This document shows, in pieces, positions 54,589-64,000 of a stretch of 64,000 nucleotides of DNA. Source of the DNA: Croceivirga sp. (GTDB lineage: Bacteria > Bacteroidota > Bacteroidia > Flavobacteriales > Flavobacteriaceae). The stretch spans positions 7,741-71,740 of the forward strand of contig JANQSA010000022.1 of NCBI GenBank assembly GCA_028284285.1. The letters run 5' to 3'. The notes under the pieces were generated by a model that did not search any database, was not told where the DNA came from, and worked only from the letters and a program-made list of their open reading frames with translations. Positions within the stretch are counted from its first letter, which is position 1; every line of letters begins with the position of its first letter. The translations under genes and the position numbers were made by a program.

Positions 54589-56352
54589 ATGAAGCATCCT
54601 GCATATGAGAGCAACCCGGTACTGGACAAACTTCCGGAACATTTAAAACAGTTCATCAAGCCCCAGAATTATGAAGATTACACCGCTATTGATCAGGCGG
54701 TATGGCGCTATGTAATGCGCAAAAATGTGGAGTATTTAAGTAAAGTAGCGCACTCCTCTTATCTGGAAGGACTTACAAAGACCGGTATTTCAATTGACCA
54801 TATCCCCAACATGTATGGGATGAATCGCATTTTAAAAGAAATTGGCTGGGCCGCAGTAGCGGTGGATGGTTTTATTCCTCCCGCGGCTTTTATGGAATTC
54901 CAGGCCTATAATGTATTGGTGATTGCTTCGGATATCCGGCAGCTGGAAAATATTGAATATACCCCTGCCCCTGATATTATTCATGAAGGTGCCGGACATG
55001 CCCCCATCATAGCTAATCCCGAATATGCGGAATATCTAAGGAGGTTTGGTGAAATTGGGGCGAAGGCCATCTCCAGCGCCAAGGATTATGAATTATACGA
55101 CGCTGTACGCCATCTTTCCATCATAAAAGAAGCCGAGGGCACTCCCCAGGTGGAAATTGAAAAAGCCGAACAACACATTGCGCATTTGCAGGAAAACATG
55201 GGCAAACCCAGTGAAATGGCCCTAATCCGTAACTTGCATTGGTGGACGGTAGAATACGGCCTTATAGGAACACCGGACAACCCAAAGATATATGGCGCAG
55301 GCTTACTGTCTTCTATAGGAGAAAGTGCGTGGTGCATGACTGACGAAGTAAAGAAATTGCCGTATACCATAGAAGCGGCATTTACCGGGTTTGATATTAC
55401 CCAACCTCAACCGCAACTTTTTGTGACCCCCGATTTTGCACATCTCAGTCAGGTTTTAGAGGATTTCGCCAATACCATGGCCCTGCGCACCGGCGGCTTA
55501 AAAGGCGTGCAGAAACTGGTAGATTCCAAGGCTCTTGGGACTGTAGAGCTGAGTACGGGACTTCAGATCTCCGGATATTTTGAGGGTGTCATTTCCCACG
55601 ATGGAAAACCGGTTTATCTCAAGACGACCGGGCCAACAGCCCTGGCCTATCGTGAAAAGGAACTGGTAAGCCATGGGATTGAGAATCATCCTGATGGATT
55701 TGGCGCTCCGGTGGGCAAACTAAAAGGTATCAATTTGGCTATTGAAGATATGGGCCCACGGGACCTGAAAGCCTACAATATTTTTGAGGGAGAACGGGTG
55801 CGTTTGGAATTTGAAGGCGGAGTCCTGGTGGAAGGGGAAATTATTACCGGAACCCGAAATCTTAAAGGAGAGATTATCCTCATCACCTTTAGGGATTGCA
55901 GGGTAAGCCACAACGATACCGTACTCTTTCTTCCGGAATGGGGCTGGTACCATATGCCGGTAGGGGAAAAGATCACTTCTGCTTTTAATGGCCCGGCTGA
56001 TCTTAAGAGCTTTAACCTTATTTCCCATGAACTGACCGAAACCACGATCAAAAAAACAAGGGACAGCGAAAAAATACAGTTGGAAGCTTATTACCAGAGG
56101 GTTCGGGAGTACCGGGAAGGTACCAATACCACCATATCGCGTAGTAAATTGTTCTCTGAGTTCAGGGAGCGCTTCCCCCTGGATTGGTTGTTACCCATTG
56201 AGCTCTACGAACTTGCGGTAGCAGGCAACAAAAAAGAACTGGCTAGTGATATCAAGGCACATCTGGAAACCGTAAAACAGCAACGGCCCGAGGTAGGCCA
56301 TCTTATAGATGATGGTTTAGCACTTGTAAACGATGCTATTGTCAGGGCTTAA
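54589..56352 (+). CDS. Aromatic amino-acid hydroxylase (phenylalanine-4-hydroxylase-like), long Bacteroidota form
   Basis: Iron-ligand region IHEGAGHAP (H-x4-H), WWTVEYGL (Glu ligand) and YGAGLLSSIGE, with an additional approx 300-aa C-terminal region. Confidence 0.8.
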   Translation: MKHPAYESNPVLDKLPEHLKQFIKPQNYEDYTAIDQAVWRYVMRKNVEYLSKVAHSSYLEGLTKTGISIDHIPNMYGMNRILKEIGWAAVAVDGFIPPAAFMEFQAYNVLVIASDIRQLENIEYTPAPDIIHEGAGHAPIIANPEYAEYLRRFGEIGAKAISSAKDYELYDAVRHLSIIKEAEGTPQVEIEKAEQHIAHLQENMGKPSEMALIRNLHWWTVEYGLIGTPDNPKIYGAGLLSSIGESAWCMTDEVKKLPYTIEAAFTGFDITQPQPQLFVTPDFAHLSQVLEDFANTMALRTGGLKGVQKLVDSKALGTVELSTGLQISGYFEGVISHDGKPVYLKTTGPTALAYREKELVSHGIENHPDGFGAPVGKLKGINLAIEDMGPRDLKAYNIFEGERVRLEFEGGVLVEGEIITGTRNLKGEIILITFRDCRVSHNDTVLFLPEWGWYHMPVGEKITSAFNGPADLKSFNLISHELTETTIKKTRDSEKIQLEAYYQRVREYREGTNTTISRSKLFSEFRERFPLDWLLPIELYELAVAGNKKELASDIKAHLETVKQQRPEVGHLIDDGLALVNDAIVRA

Positions 56353-56429
56353 ATACGATTAGTATTCTCTTTGAGATCCTTATTGGAGCAACCGGTTCTT
56401 TTACAGATGAAACGAATGGAATCAAGAGA

Positions 56430-57044
56430 TCAGTGGATCAATTGATTCCAGGTATCGGTAGTGGTAATCGGCTGTTTTTCATAAATCAATGTCCAGCCCA
56501 TAGCACGGGTAAGCACTAAAAACCGGCCCAATTCGGTAATAAGGCGGTTTTCTGCATTGGCCATTAGGGTAGAGGCCTGCACCTTCCGCATAAGGGAAGC
56601 ATTAACCCGCTTTTTTATGGCATTATAGTCCGCTGCCTCAAAAGGATTAAAAAAGTCTGCATTCACATCATAGTACTCAAAGTCCGGATGGATCTTAATT
56701 TCGGGTTTCGGCAGGTTTCTGATCACCAAAGTTTTGTTTTCCGGATCAGGAACAACATCCATTTTGCTGAGATCGTACACTACCTGTACCTCAGCATTGA
56801 CCACAACCAAAGCTTTCTTATCCGCCCGGATCAGAGCACCAAAAAGCTCCCGGGAATCGGCATACGTATATACTTCGGCAAAGTGCCCCTCAGTAACGAT
56901 CAGCTTGGAAACATTTTGGAGTTGCTCTTGAATAAGTGCAGTATTTTCCTCAAGTACCATGCGCTCTTCTTTTTGATCTGTACAAGACCTATAGATCAAT
57001 ACCGAAGCCAAAGCGATTACCGCGCCTGCAAGCACTTTTCGCAT
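56430..57044 (-). CDS. DUF4230-like membrane-anchored protein
   Basis: N-terminal anchor; size and layout resemble DUF4230. Starts 1 nt after the alaS stop. Confidence 0.55.
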   Translation of the reverse strand: MRKVLAGAVIALASVLIYRSCTDQKEERMVLEENTALIQEQLQNVSKLIVTEGHFAEVYTYADSRELFGALIRADKKALVVVNAEVQVVYDLSKMDVVPDPENKTLVIRNLPKPEIKIHPDFEYYDVNADFFNPFEAADYNAIKKRVNASLMRKVQASTLMANAENRLITELGRFLVLTRAMGWTLIYEKQPITTTDTWNQLIH

Positions 57045-57045
57045 T

Positions 57046-59661
57046 TTATTTTAAATATTCTTTTACCGTATTCAACGCTTCCGGAATACCCCCCGGGTTT
57101 TTTCCGCCGGCAGTAGCAAAGAAGGGTTGACCGCCACCGCCTCCCTGGATATGTTTCCCTAATTCCCGCACAATAGTTCCGGCGTTAAGTCCTTTTTCAA
57201 AAGCCAGATCTTTGGAGATATAGCAGGCCAGCAAGGCTTTTCCCTCCTTTTCCGCCCCCAAAAGGACAAACATATTGGTAGTGGTATTCCCCATCTCAAA
57301 AAGCAGATCCTTCATTCCTCCGGCGTCCAGATCCACTTTCCTTGCCAGAAATTTTATCCCATTGACTTCTGTCAGGCTTTCCAACAATTCTTTTTTTAAG
57401 GCCCTGGCCTTTTCCTTCAATAGTCTTTCTACCTGTTTTTTTAGCTGGGCATTTTCGGCCTGTAGGTCAACCACCGTCTTCACGGGATCCTGGGTATTGC
57501 TTAAAAGGTTCTTGATCTCGTAAAGCGTTTGGCTATTGGTAAAGTAAAAGTCTTTTACCGCATCCAAGGTTATGGCTTCTATCCTTCTAATTCCCGCCGC
57601 CACCGCAGCTTCGGAAACGATCTTAAAATACCAGATATCCGCTGTATTCTGTACATGAGTCCCTCCACAAAGCTCAATGGATTTTCCAAAACGAATGGTG
57701 CGTACCGTATCGCCATATTTCTCTCCAAACAGGGCAAGCGCCCCTTGCTCCCGGGCCGCCGACATGGGAACTTTACGTTGTTCCTCCAGGGGTAAATGCC
57801 CATCGATCCTGGCATTGACAAAGTTTTCTACTTCTCGTAGTTCTTCAAGTGTCAGCTTCGCAAAATGCGAAAAATCGAAACGCAAATATTTGGAATGCAC
57901 GGCAGACCCTTTCTGTTCCACATGATCTCCTAATATTTCGCGCAACGCCTGATGCAGGAGATGTGTGGCCGTGTGGTTACTGGCAGTGCGCTGGCGTTGT
58001 TTTTGGTCTACAACGGCCTTAAATACTACATTTACATCTTTGGGGAGGGCTGCCGCAAAGTGTACGATCTCGTTGTTTTCTTTTTTTGTATCCACAATGT
58101 AGGTAACATCGCCATTAGGCGCCTTCAGATATCCCTTATCCCCTACCTGGCCACCGCCTTCTGCATAAAAAGGTGTAAGGTTAAAAACCAACTGATACCT
58201 GTTCCCTTCTTTTTTTGTGGTGATCTTTCGGTACTTCACGATACGTACGTTAGTTTCCAGCGAATCATAGCCGATAAACTCCTGATCCGCATCTTCCAAA
58301 AGCACCGTCCAATCTTCCTTCGCTACTTCCGAAGCCTGTTTGGAACGCTGCTTTTGGGCTTGTAACGCTTTTTCAAAGCCTTCCCTGTCCAGGGTATACC
58401 CCCGTTCCGCTAAGATCAATTCCGTTAGATCTACGGGAAAGCCAAACGTATCGTACAACTCAAAGGCCTTTTCCCCATCTATAACTTTTCCTTTGGTTGT
58501 TTTCAGCACCCCTTCCAGCAATACCAAACCCTGTTCCAGGGTACTCAAGAAAGAGTTTTCCTCTTCCCTGATCACATTTTCTATGAGTTGAAATTGCGCT
58601 TCAAGCTCCGGAAAAGCATTGCCCATTTGCTCCGCGAGTACTTTGACCAAACGATAGATAAAGGGGGATGTAGTGTCCAAAAATGTAAAACCGTACCGTA
58701 CCGCACGTCTTAAAATCCTTCGGATAACATACCCTGCCCCGGTATTACCGGGCAATTGCCCATCGGCAATGGCAAAGGCCACCGCCCTGACATGATCCGC
58801 TACCACGCGAATGGCAATATCAATGGCTTCCTCTTTTCCATATGTCTTACGGGTAATGGTTTCAATCTCCCGAATTAAAGGGACAAAAATGTCCGTATCA
58901 TAATTGGACTGTTTTCCCTGTAGCACCATACAAAGCCGCTCAAAACCCATACCTGTATCAATATGCTTCTCCGGTAAATCTTCCAATACGCCATTGGCTT
59001 TCCGGTTGTATTGGATAAAGACCAGGTTCCATATCTCTACTACCTGGGGATGATCTTTATTCACAAGACTGGCCCCGGGAACTGTTGCTTTTTCCCCATC
59101 GGAGCGTAGGTCCACGTGGATCTCGGAACATGGCCCGCACGGGCCTTGATCCCCCATTTCCCAAAAATTGTCCTTCTTATCCCCCATTAGAATACGTTCT
59201 GCAGGGATAATCGCTTTCCAAAAATCGTAGGCCTCCTGATCCATAGCCAGGTTGTCCTTGTCCTTACTGCCTTCAAATACCGTCACATACAAATTCTCCG
59301 GAGCTATTTTGTAGACTTCGGTGAGCAATTCCCAGGCCCAGCTTATCGCTTCCTTCTTAAAATAATCACCAAAGCTCCAGTTGCCTAACATCTCAAACAT
59401 GGTATGGTGATAGGTATCCTTCCCCACCTCATCCAGATCATTGTGCTTTCCGCTGACCCGAAGGCATTTTTGAGTATCGGCTACCCGCTTCTCCCGGGGT
59501 TTGGAAATCCCCAGAAAAAACTCCTTGAATTGGTTCATTCCTGCATTGGTAAACATCAGGGTAGGGTCATTTTTTATGACCATTGGGGCGGAGGGAACTA
59601 TTTTATGAGACCGGGATGCAAAGAAGTTTAAAAACTGTTCTCTAACCTTTTGGGATGTCAT
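57046..59661 (-). CDS. alaS: Alanine--tRNA ligase
   Basis: [10 protein letters not shown], the class II core, the editing-domain [11 protein letters not shown]...CGGTH motifs and the C-terminal DHHA1 GGGGG. Confidence 0.97.
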   Translation of the reverse strand: MTSQKVREQFLNFFASRSHKIVPSAPMVIKNDPTLMFTNAGMNQFKEFFLGISKPREKRVADTQKCLRVSGKHNDLDEVGKDTYHHTMFEMLGNWSFGDYFKKEAISWAWELLTEVYKIAPENLYVTVFEGSKDKDNLAMDQEAYDFWKAIIPAERILMGDKKDNFWEMGDQGPCGPCSEIHVDLRSDGEKATVPGASLVNKDHPQVVEIWNLVFIQYNRKANGVLEDLPEKHIDTGMGFERLCMVLQGKQSNYDTDIFVPLIREIETITRKTYGKEEAIDIAIRVVADHVRAVAFAIADGQLPGNTGAGYVIRRILRRAVRYGFTFLDTTSPFIYRLVKVLAEQMGNAFPELEAQFQLIENVIREEENSFLSTLEQGLVLLEGVLKTTKGKVIDGEKAFELYDTFGFPVDLTELILAERGYTLDREGFEKALQAQKQRSKQASEVAKEDWTVLLEDADQEFIGYDSLETNVRIVKYRKITTKKEGNRYQLVFNLTPFYAEGGGQVGDKGYLKAPNGDVTYIVDTKKENNEIVHFAAALPKDVNVVFKAVVDQKQRQRTASNHTATHLLHQALREILGDHVEQKGSAVHSKYLRFDFSHFAKLTLEELREVENFVNARIDGHLPLEEQRKVPMSAAREQGALALFGEKYGDTVRTIRFGKSIELCGGTHVQNTADIWYFKIVSEAAVAAGIRRIEAITLDAVKDFYFTNSQTLYEIKNLLSNTQDPVKTVVDLQAENAQLKKQVERLLKEKARALKKELLESLTEVNGIKFLARKVDLDAGGMKDLLFEMGNTTTNMFVLLGAEKEGKALLACYISKDLAFEKGLNAGTIVRELGKHIQGGGGGQPFFATAGGKNPGGIPEALNTVKEYLK

Positions 59662-59711
59662 ATGGGAGGTTAAGCTTTAATTAATTTTAACAGAAGGAAC
59701 AAAACAATTTT

Positions 59712-59719
59712 TATATTTG
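59712..59719 (+). promoter_or_regulatory. Candidate -7 box (TAnnTTTG) for the M23 peptidase gene
   Basis: tatatttg lies 47 nt upstream of the ATG at 59766. Confidence 0.3.
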
Positions 59720-59765
59720 TCTGTTCCCTATTAATGAACGTTCAAAAATAGGACAATTTACCTTT

Positions 59766-60743
59766 ATGGCTAAAGTTAAGTACTACTACGACCCGGACAC
59801 GCTTTCCTACCGAAAGATAGAACCCAAAAAGTCGAAAAAGTACCGAAATATTGCCCTTTTTGTTTTAGGTGCCGCCCTTTTTGGTTTCCTGGGCCTATTG
59901 TTTTTATTGAACACCAACCTGATCAATACTCCTAAGGAGTTATCGCTGTCCCGGGAGGTTCAAAATTACGAGCTCCAATTCGATATCTTGAATAAAAAAA
60001 TGGAACAGATAGAACAGGTGCTGGCCAATATTGAGGAGCGGGACAATAATATCTACCGGCTTTATTTTGAAGCCAACCCCATACCCGAAGAACAGCGCAG
60101 GGCAGGTTTTGGAGGTGTTAACCGCTACAAATCCCTGGAAGGGTTCAATAATTCCGAAATTATCATCAACGTATCAAGGCGATTGGATATCATACAAAAA
60201 CAGATGGTCATTCAATCCAAATCCCTGGATGAAATTGCCAAACTGGCGGAGGAAAAAGAAAAACTATTAGCTGCCATTCCGGCTATACAACCGGTTCGCA
60301 ACGAGGATTTGATCCGAATGGCCTCCGGATTCGGTTGGCGCACGGATCCCTTTACCAAATTCCGGAAAATGCATAAAGGCATGGATTTTACAGCTCCCCG
60401 GGGAACTCCCATCTATGCTACCGGAGATGGTACGGTAACTCGTGCGGATAACAAGTCCTCCGGTTATGGAAAACATATTCGTATTGACCATGGATTTGGT
60501 TACTTAAGCCTCTATGCTCACCTGAGCAAATACAATGTCAGTCGTGGTCAAAAAGTAAAGCGTGGCGACCTTATAGGGTTTGTTGGCAATACCGGGCGCT
60601 CGGAAGCCCCACATTTGCATTATGAAGTGTGGAAAGATGGGGAAAAAATCAATCCGATCAACTTTTACTACGGAAGTTTGACTGCTGAAGAGTTTGAAAA
60701 CATGCTCAAATTTGCTAACCAGGAAAACCAATCGCTTGACTAA
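59766..60743 (+). CDS. M23-family metallopeptidase (membrane-anchored, coiled-coil)
   Basis: HKGMDFTAPRGTPIYA...GYGKHIRIDHGFGY...GNTGRSEAPHLHYEV. Confidence 0.9.
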   Translation: MAKVKYYYDPDTLSYRKIEPKKSKKYRNIALFVLGAALFGFLGLLFLLNTNLINTPKELSLSREVQNYELQFDILNKKMEQIEQVLANIEERDNNIYRLYFEANPIPEEQRRAGFGGVNRYKSLEGFNNSEIIINVSRRLDIIQKQMVIQSKSLDEIAKLAEEKEKLLAAIPAIQPVRNEDLIRMASGFGWRTDPFTKFRKMHKGMDFTAPRGTPIYATGDGTVTRADNKSSGYGKHIRIDHGFGYLSLYAHLSKYNVSRGQKVKRGDLIGFVGNTGRSEAPHLHYEVWKDGEKINPINFYYGSLTAEEFENMLKFANQENQSLD

Positions 60744-61073
60744 ATGCACGTAGACCTTCCTGAAAAACGGTATTATGGCATTGGCGAAGTCGCCAGAGCT
60801 TTTGGAGTAAACACTTCGCTTATCCGGTTTTGGGAAAAGGAATTTGATGTATTACAGCCCAAAAAAAATGCGAAGGGCAACCGAAAATTTACCCCCCAGG
60901 ATATTAAAAACCTACAACTGATCTATCATTTGGTAAAAGAACGCGGATTTACTTTGGAAGGCGCCAAAATACATTTAAAAGAAGAAAAGCATAAGACCCT
61001 TTCTAATTTTGAGATCATTGAAAAACTACAAAAGGTAAAGGCGGAACTTCTCAAAATAAAAGAACAACTATAA
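60744..61073 (+). CDS. MerR-family transcriptional regulator
   Basis: YYGIGEVARAFGVNTSLIRFWEKEF HTH. Starts directly after the M23 gene stop. Confidence 0.85.
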   Translation: MHVDLPEKRYYGIGEVARAFGVNTSLIRFWEKEFDVLQPKKNAKGNRKFTPQDIKNLQLIYHLVKERGFTLEGAKIHLKEEKHKTLSNFEIIEKLQKVKAELLKIKEQL

Positions 61074-61143
61074 GGTGTAACAAATACCTTAGTTTTCCTA
61101 CTAATGATACACCTATTCTCAATAAACACTAAAACACCAGTAC

Positions 61144-61743
61144 ATGAAAAAATGGTTAATCCCGGTAATTATTCTTGCCGTGGTAGCTTTTGGGGTCTAC
61201 CAGTGGGCAGTTGGATTTAATAACAAAGCAGTTGAATTGGAAGCCGATGCCAAAACGGCATGGTCCAACGTGGAAAGTTCGTACCAACGTCGTAACGATC
61301 TTATTGGCAACCTGGTAAAAACGGTCCAGGGGGCTGCAGATTTTGAGCGCGAAACGCTTACCAATGTAATAGAAGCCCGGGCAAAAGCTACTGCTACCAC
61401 TATAGATGTGGACAACATTAATCCGGAAGCCATAGCGCAGTTTCAACAAGCGCAAACCGGCCTGTCCTCTGCTTTATCCCGCCTGTTGGTTACGGTTGAA
61501 CGCTACCCGGACCTCAAGGCCAATCAAAACTTTTTAGAATTACAATCACAGTTGGAAGGGACTGAAAACAGAATTAACGTTGCCCGCGACCGCTACAATG
61601 AGAAGGTAAACCTCTACGATATTCATACCACTAAATTTCCGGGTAAACTTTTGGCGGGATGGTTTGGGTTTGAAGAAATGCCTCGCTATAAAGCAGACCC
61701 CGGTTCGGAAAATGCTCCTGAAGTAGATTTTAATTTTGATTAG
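61144..61743 (+). CDS. lemA: LemA-family protein
   Basis: N-terminal anchor. VESSYQRRNDLIGNLV and ERYPDLKANQNFLELQSQLEGTENRI...R..YN are typical of LemA. Confidence 0.92.
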   Translation: MKKWLIPVIILAVVAFGVYQWAVGFNNKAVELEADAKTAWSNVESSYQRRNDLIGNLVKTVQGAADFERETLTNVIEARAKATATTIDVDNINPEAIAQFQQAQTGLSSALSRLLVTVERYPDLKANQNFLELQSQLEGTENRINVARDRYNEKVNLYDIHTTKFPGKLLAGWFGFEEMPRYKADPGSENAPEVDFNFD

Positions 61744-61745
61744 AC

Positions 61746-62183
61746 ATGTCGGAAGTTGAGGGCTTTCTTACCGCCCGGGAGGAACAGGAAATAGTAGCGG
61801 CTATCCTTGAAGCGGAAAAGAACACTTCCGGAGAAATCCGGGTGCATATAGAAGCCTCCGCAAAAATGGATCATTTTAGCCGTGCCCAGCAGGTATTTCA
61901 TTTTTTAAAAATGGACAATACAAAAGATGAAAACGGCGTATTGATTTACGTGGCAGTTCATGATCACAAGTTTGTGATCTATGGGGATCGTGGTATTGAC
62001 CGTGTGGTTCCCCGAGGTTTTTGGGATACTACCCGGGATATCATACAACAACACTTTAAGCAGGGTGATTTCAAGACTGGTATTATTGAAGGTATCCTGA
62101 AAGCCGGCAAGGAACTGGAAGCCCATTTTCCCTGGCATCATGGTGATACTAATGAATTGAGCGATGCGGTTTCCAAAGGTTAG
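61746..62183 (+). CDS. TPM-domain protein (cytoplasmic short form)
   Basis: GEIRVHIE...NGVLIYVAVHDHKFVIYGDRGI pattern of TPM/TLP18.3-like phosphatase domains. Confidence 0.8.
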   Translation: MSEVEGFLTAREEQEIVAAILEAEKNTSGEIRVHIEASAKMDHFSRAQQVFHFLKMDNTKDENGVLIYVAVHDHKFVIYGDRGIDRVVPRGFWDTTRDIIQQHFKQGDFKTGIIEGILKAGKELEAHFPWHHGDTNELSDAVSKG

Positions 62184-62958
62184 CTTGCTATTCGCATTGC
62201 TTTGCGCTACCCTGGCCTGGGGGCAATATGAGATTCCTCCCAAACCTCAGGAGCAAACCAGTGTTTATGACTACATCAATCTGCTCTCCGCCACAGAAAA
62301 AAGCCAGCTGGAACAAAAACTGATACGATATGCGGACAGCACTTCCACCCAGATTGTAGTGGCCATTATTGGTTCTACAGAAGGAGAAAACATTAATTAC
62401 CTGGGGGCGCAGTGGGGGCAACAATGGGGGATTGGTCAGGCAGATGAGGATAATGGCATTTTGGTTCTGCTCGCCAAAAATGATCGTAGGATAGCGATCA
62501 ATACAGGCTATGGGGTAGAAGAATTTCTGACCGACCTCATGAGCAAACGCATCATAGAACAAGTGATCATCCCGAAGTTCAAACAAGAGGATTATTATGG
62601 AGGTTTGGATGCCGGGGCGGATGCCATTTTTCAGGTGTTGACCGGACAGTTTGAAGAAGACCGCAGTTTTGGGGAAAACAGAGGGTTTCCTTTACGGGCA
62701 TTACTTCCTGTCATTATCTTTTTTATCGTCCTCGCGATACTGATGAGCAGAAAAAACCGCGGAGGTGGAAACCGCCCGGGAGGCCGCAGGGGGTCCGGCC
62801 TGGATATTTGGGATATCATTATCCTGAGCAATATGGGCCGAGGTGGTTACAAAGGATCTTCAGGCGGAGGCTTCGGAAGCGGAGGTTTTGGAGGTGGTTT
62901 TGGCGGAGGCTTCGGTGGAGGAGGTTTTGGCGGCGGTGGCGCTTCGGGGGGATGGTAA
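62164..62958 (+). CDS. TPM-domain protein (YgcG-like) with TM segment and Gly-rich tail
   Basis: Signal peptide, STQIVVAIIGSTEGENI...NGILVLLAKNDRRIAINTGYG, a TM helix, and a tail GGGFGSGGFGGGFGGGFGGGGFGGGGASGGW. Confidence 0.8.
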   Translation: MRFPKVSLLFALLCATLAWGQYEIPPKPQEQTSVYDYINLLSATEKSQLEQKLIRYADSTSTQIVVAIIGSTEGENINYLGAQWGQQWGIGQADEDNGILVLLAKNDRRIAINTGYGVEEFLTDLMSKRIIEQVIIPKFKQEDYYGGLDAGADAIFQVLTGQFEEDRSFGENRGFPLRALLPVIIFFIVLAILMSRKNRGGGNRPGGRRGSGLDIWDIIILSNMGRGGYKGSSGGGFGSGGFGGGFGGGFGGGGFGGGGASGGW

Positions 62959-63077
62959 TTTTGGACGAAAGATATTAGACCGCTTACTTCGACAGAGCTC
63001 AGTACAGGTCGCTGTTAGAAATAAGACCTGACCTGGGTTTTCATCAAATCTTATATAGATTGTCTCAAGAATTCGTG

Positions 63078-63509
63078 TTACTGCTCAACTACCATTACAG
63101 GTTTACGGTAAAAGATCTTATTGACAATTTTCCATTGCCCATCTATCTTTAACAGGTTCATAAAGTCCACAAAAGTAAAGGTGGAATACTCAATTTCCAG
63201 TCGGGCATTGGCAGCGTGTCCGGACACCGTAATATTGGCAATACGCGTCTTTCGGTTTTGCTTTGGTTTAGAGGCATCCATCCCGGAAAAAAACTTCAGG
63301 GCATTCACTTCCTTGTAGCCCTCCTCCGTAACATACTTCATGGTAGCCGTTTCATGAAAGGCCTTTTTAAGGGTCTCGTAGTCATTATTAGTCCCGCCTT
63401 CCAGGTAATAGTTCACTGTTTGGGCCACCAATTGATAATCATCTTCCTGAGCCGTTAACACAAGGCAGGGAAGAACCGTAAAGAGAAGAAAGAGCACTGT
63501 TTGTTTCAT
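63078..63509 (-). CDS. NTF2-like (putative lumazine-binding / SnoaL-like) secreted protein
   Basis: Signal peptide. YYLEGGTNNDYETLKKAFHETATMKY...DGQWKIVNKIF is typical of NTF2-fold proteins. Confidence 0.6.
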   Translation of the reverse strand: MKQTVLFLLFTVLPCLVLTAQEDDYQLVAQTVNYYLEGGTNNDYETLKKAFHETATMKYVTEEGYKEVNALKFFSGMDASKPKQNRKTRIANITVSGHAANARLEIEYSTFTFVDFMNLLKIDGQWKIVNKIFYRKPVMVVEQ

Positions 63510-63586
63510 AAGGATAGGTGTTGCTTGATTTAAAGATAGTAAACGCCTAAGGTATAACGTATTAAAGAATTGATAAAGTTCTCCCC

Positions 63587-64000
63587 TTAAGGTTCTGATG
63601 CGTCCTTTATTTCGATCTTTTTTGCCCAGCTTAGCAAAGCGCCCTCTTTTCCCATTCCCTCCAAATACAGCATTACCCCACTTTGATTATACAAAGGAAC
63701 GGTGATGGAAACAGGGATTTCCGAGTTTATATCCAGATCTCCTTGCCAATGTATCACTCCAAAATTTTTAAATACAGCAGAATTGTAATCCGGATAGTTC
63801 GCGCTAAAATATTCCTGTGGCCGGGCATACCCTTTTTCAATCAGGAATTTCACAAATCTATTCCGGTCCTCAGGGCGTTCGTAAGGAGAAGATCGCAACA
63901 CCACATTTACAAATTTGTTCTTATCGGCATCAAAATAAATCGCCTGAACCCTGGAAAGCGGCAAATTTAAAGTGGACCCGTTAAAACTAACCGGCTGGTT
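63587..64000 (-). CDS. Hypothetical protein, 5' end beyond window edge
   Basis: The minus-strand frame stays open from 63964 to the window end (...NQPVSFNGSTLNLPLSRVQAIYF...). No motif recognised. Confidence 0.45.
   Translation of the reverse strand, partial: NQPVSFNGSTLNLPLSRVQAIYFDADKNKFVNVVLRSSPYERPEDRNRFVKFLIEKGYARPQEYFSANYPDYNSAVFKNFGVIHWQGDLDINSEIPVSITVPLYNQSGVMLYLEGMGKEGALLSWAKKIEIKDASEP

Overview
This window looks like a chromosomal segment from a Bacteroidota (Flavobacteriia-like) genome. Supporting this are a TonB-dependent receptor next to an HmuY-like lipoprotein, DUF4136/DUF4230/DUF5522-type genes, a long-form aromatic amino-acid hydroxylase, several TAnnTTTG -7-type promoter boxes just upstream of start codons, and no obvious Shine-Dalgarno sites. 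I support about 65 protein-coding genes. I found no rRNA, tRNA, CRISPR array, integrase or transposase. Housekeeping anchors are rnhB (partial), lipB, lysS, hemL and alaS. The middle of the window (about 29.6-47.2 kb) looks accessory: an AT-rich three-gene putative anti-phage islet, then regulators, redox/detox genes and sugar genes, separated by three clusters of a dispersed palindromic repeat family. The best candidate for an undescribed system is the islet at 29873-32722. It holds a membrane putAbiC-like protein plus a translationally coupled pair: a stand-alone ParB-like DUF262 protein and a small protein with an Rx4H HEPN motif. Other points of interest: a SatD-like/DUF3307 pair behind an array of palindromic operator-like repeats; two tandem paralogous genes for acidic secreted proteins built from a (LGFDTxxYLPxGFxPY) repeat; a TonB-receptor/HmuY-like locus facing an uncharacterised FMN-binding operon; a NUDIX-type regulator with two TTGTGGC-N5-GACACAA boxes; and two small genes below the ORF-track cutoff. 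All family assignments come from motif recognition by eye, with no database search run.
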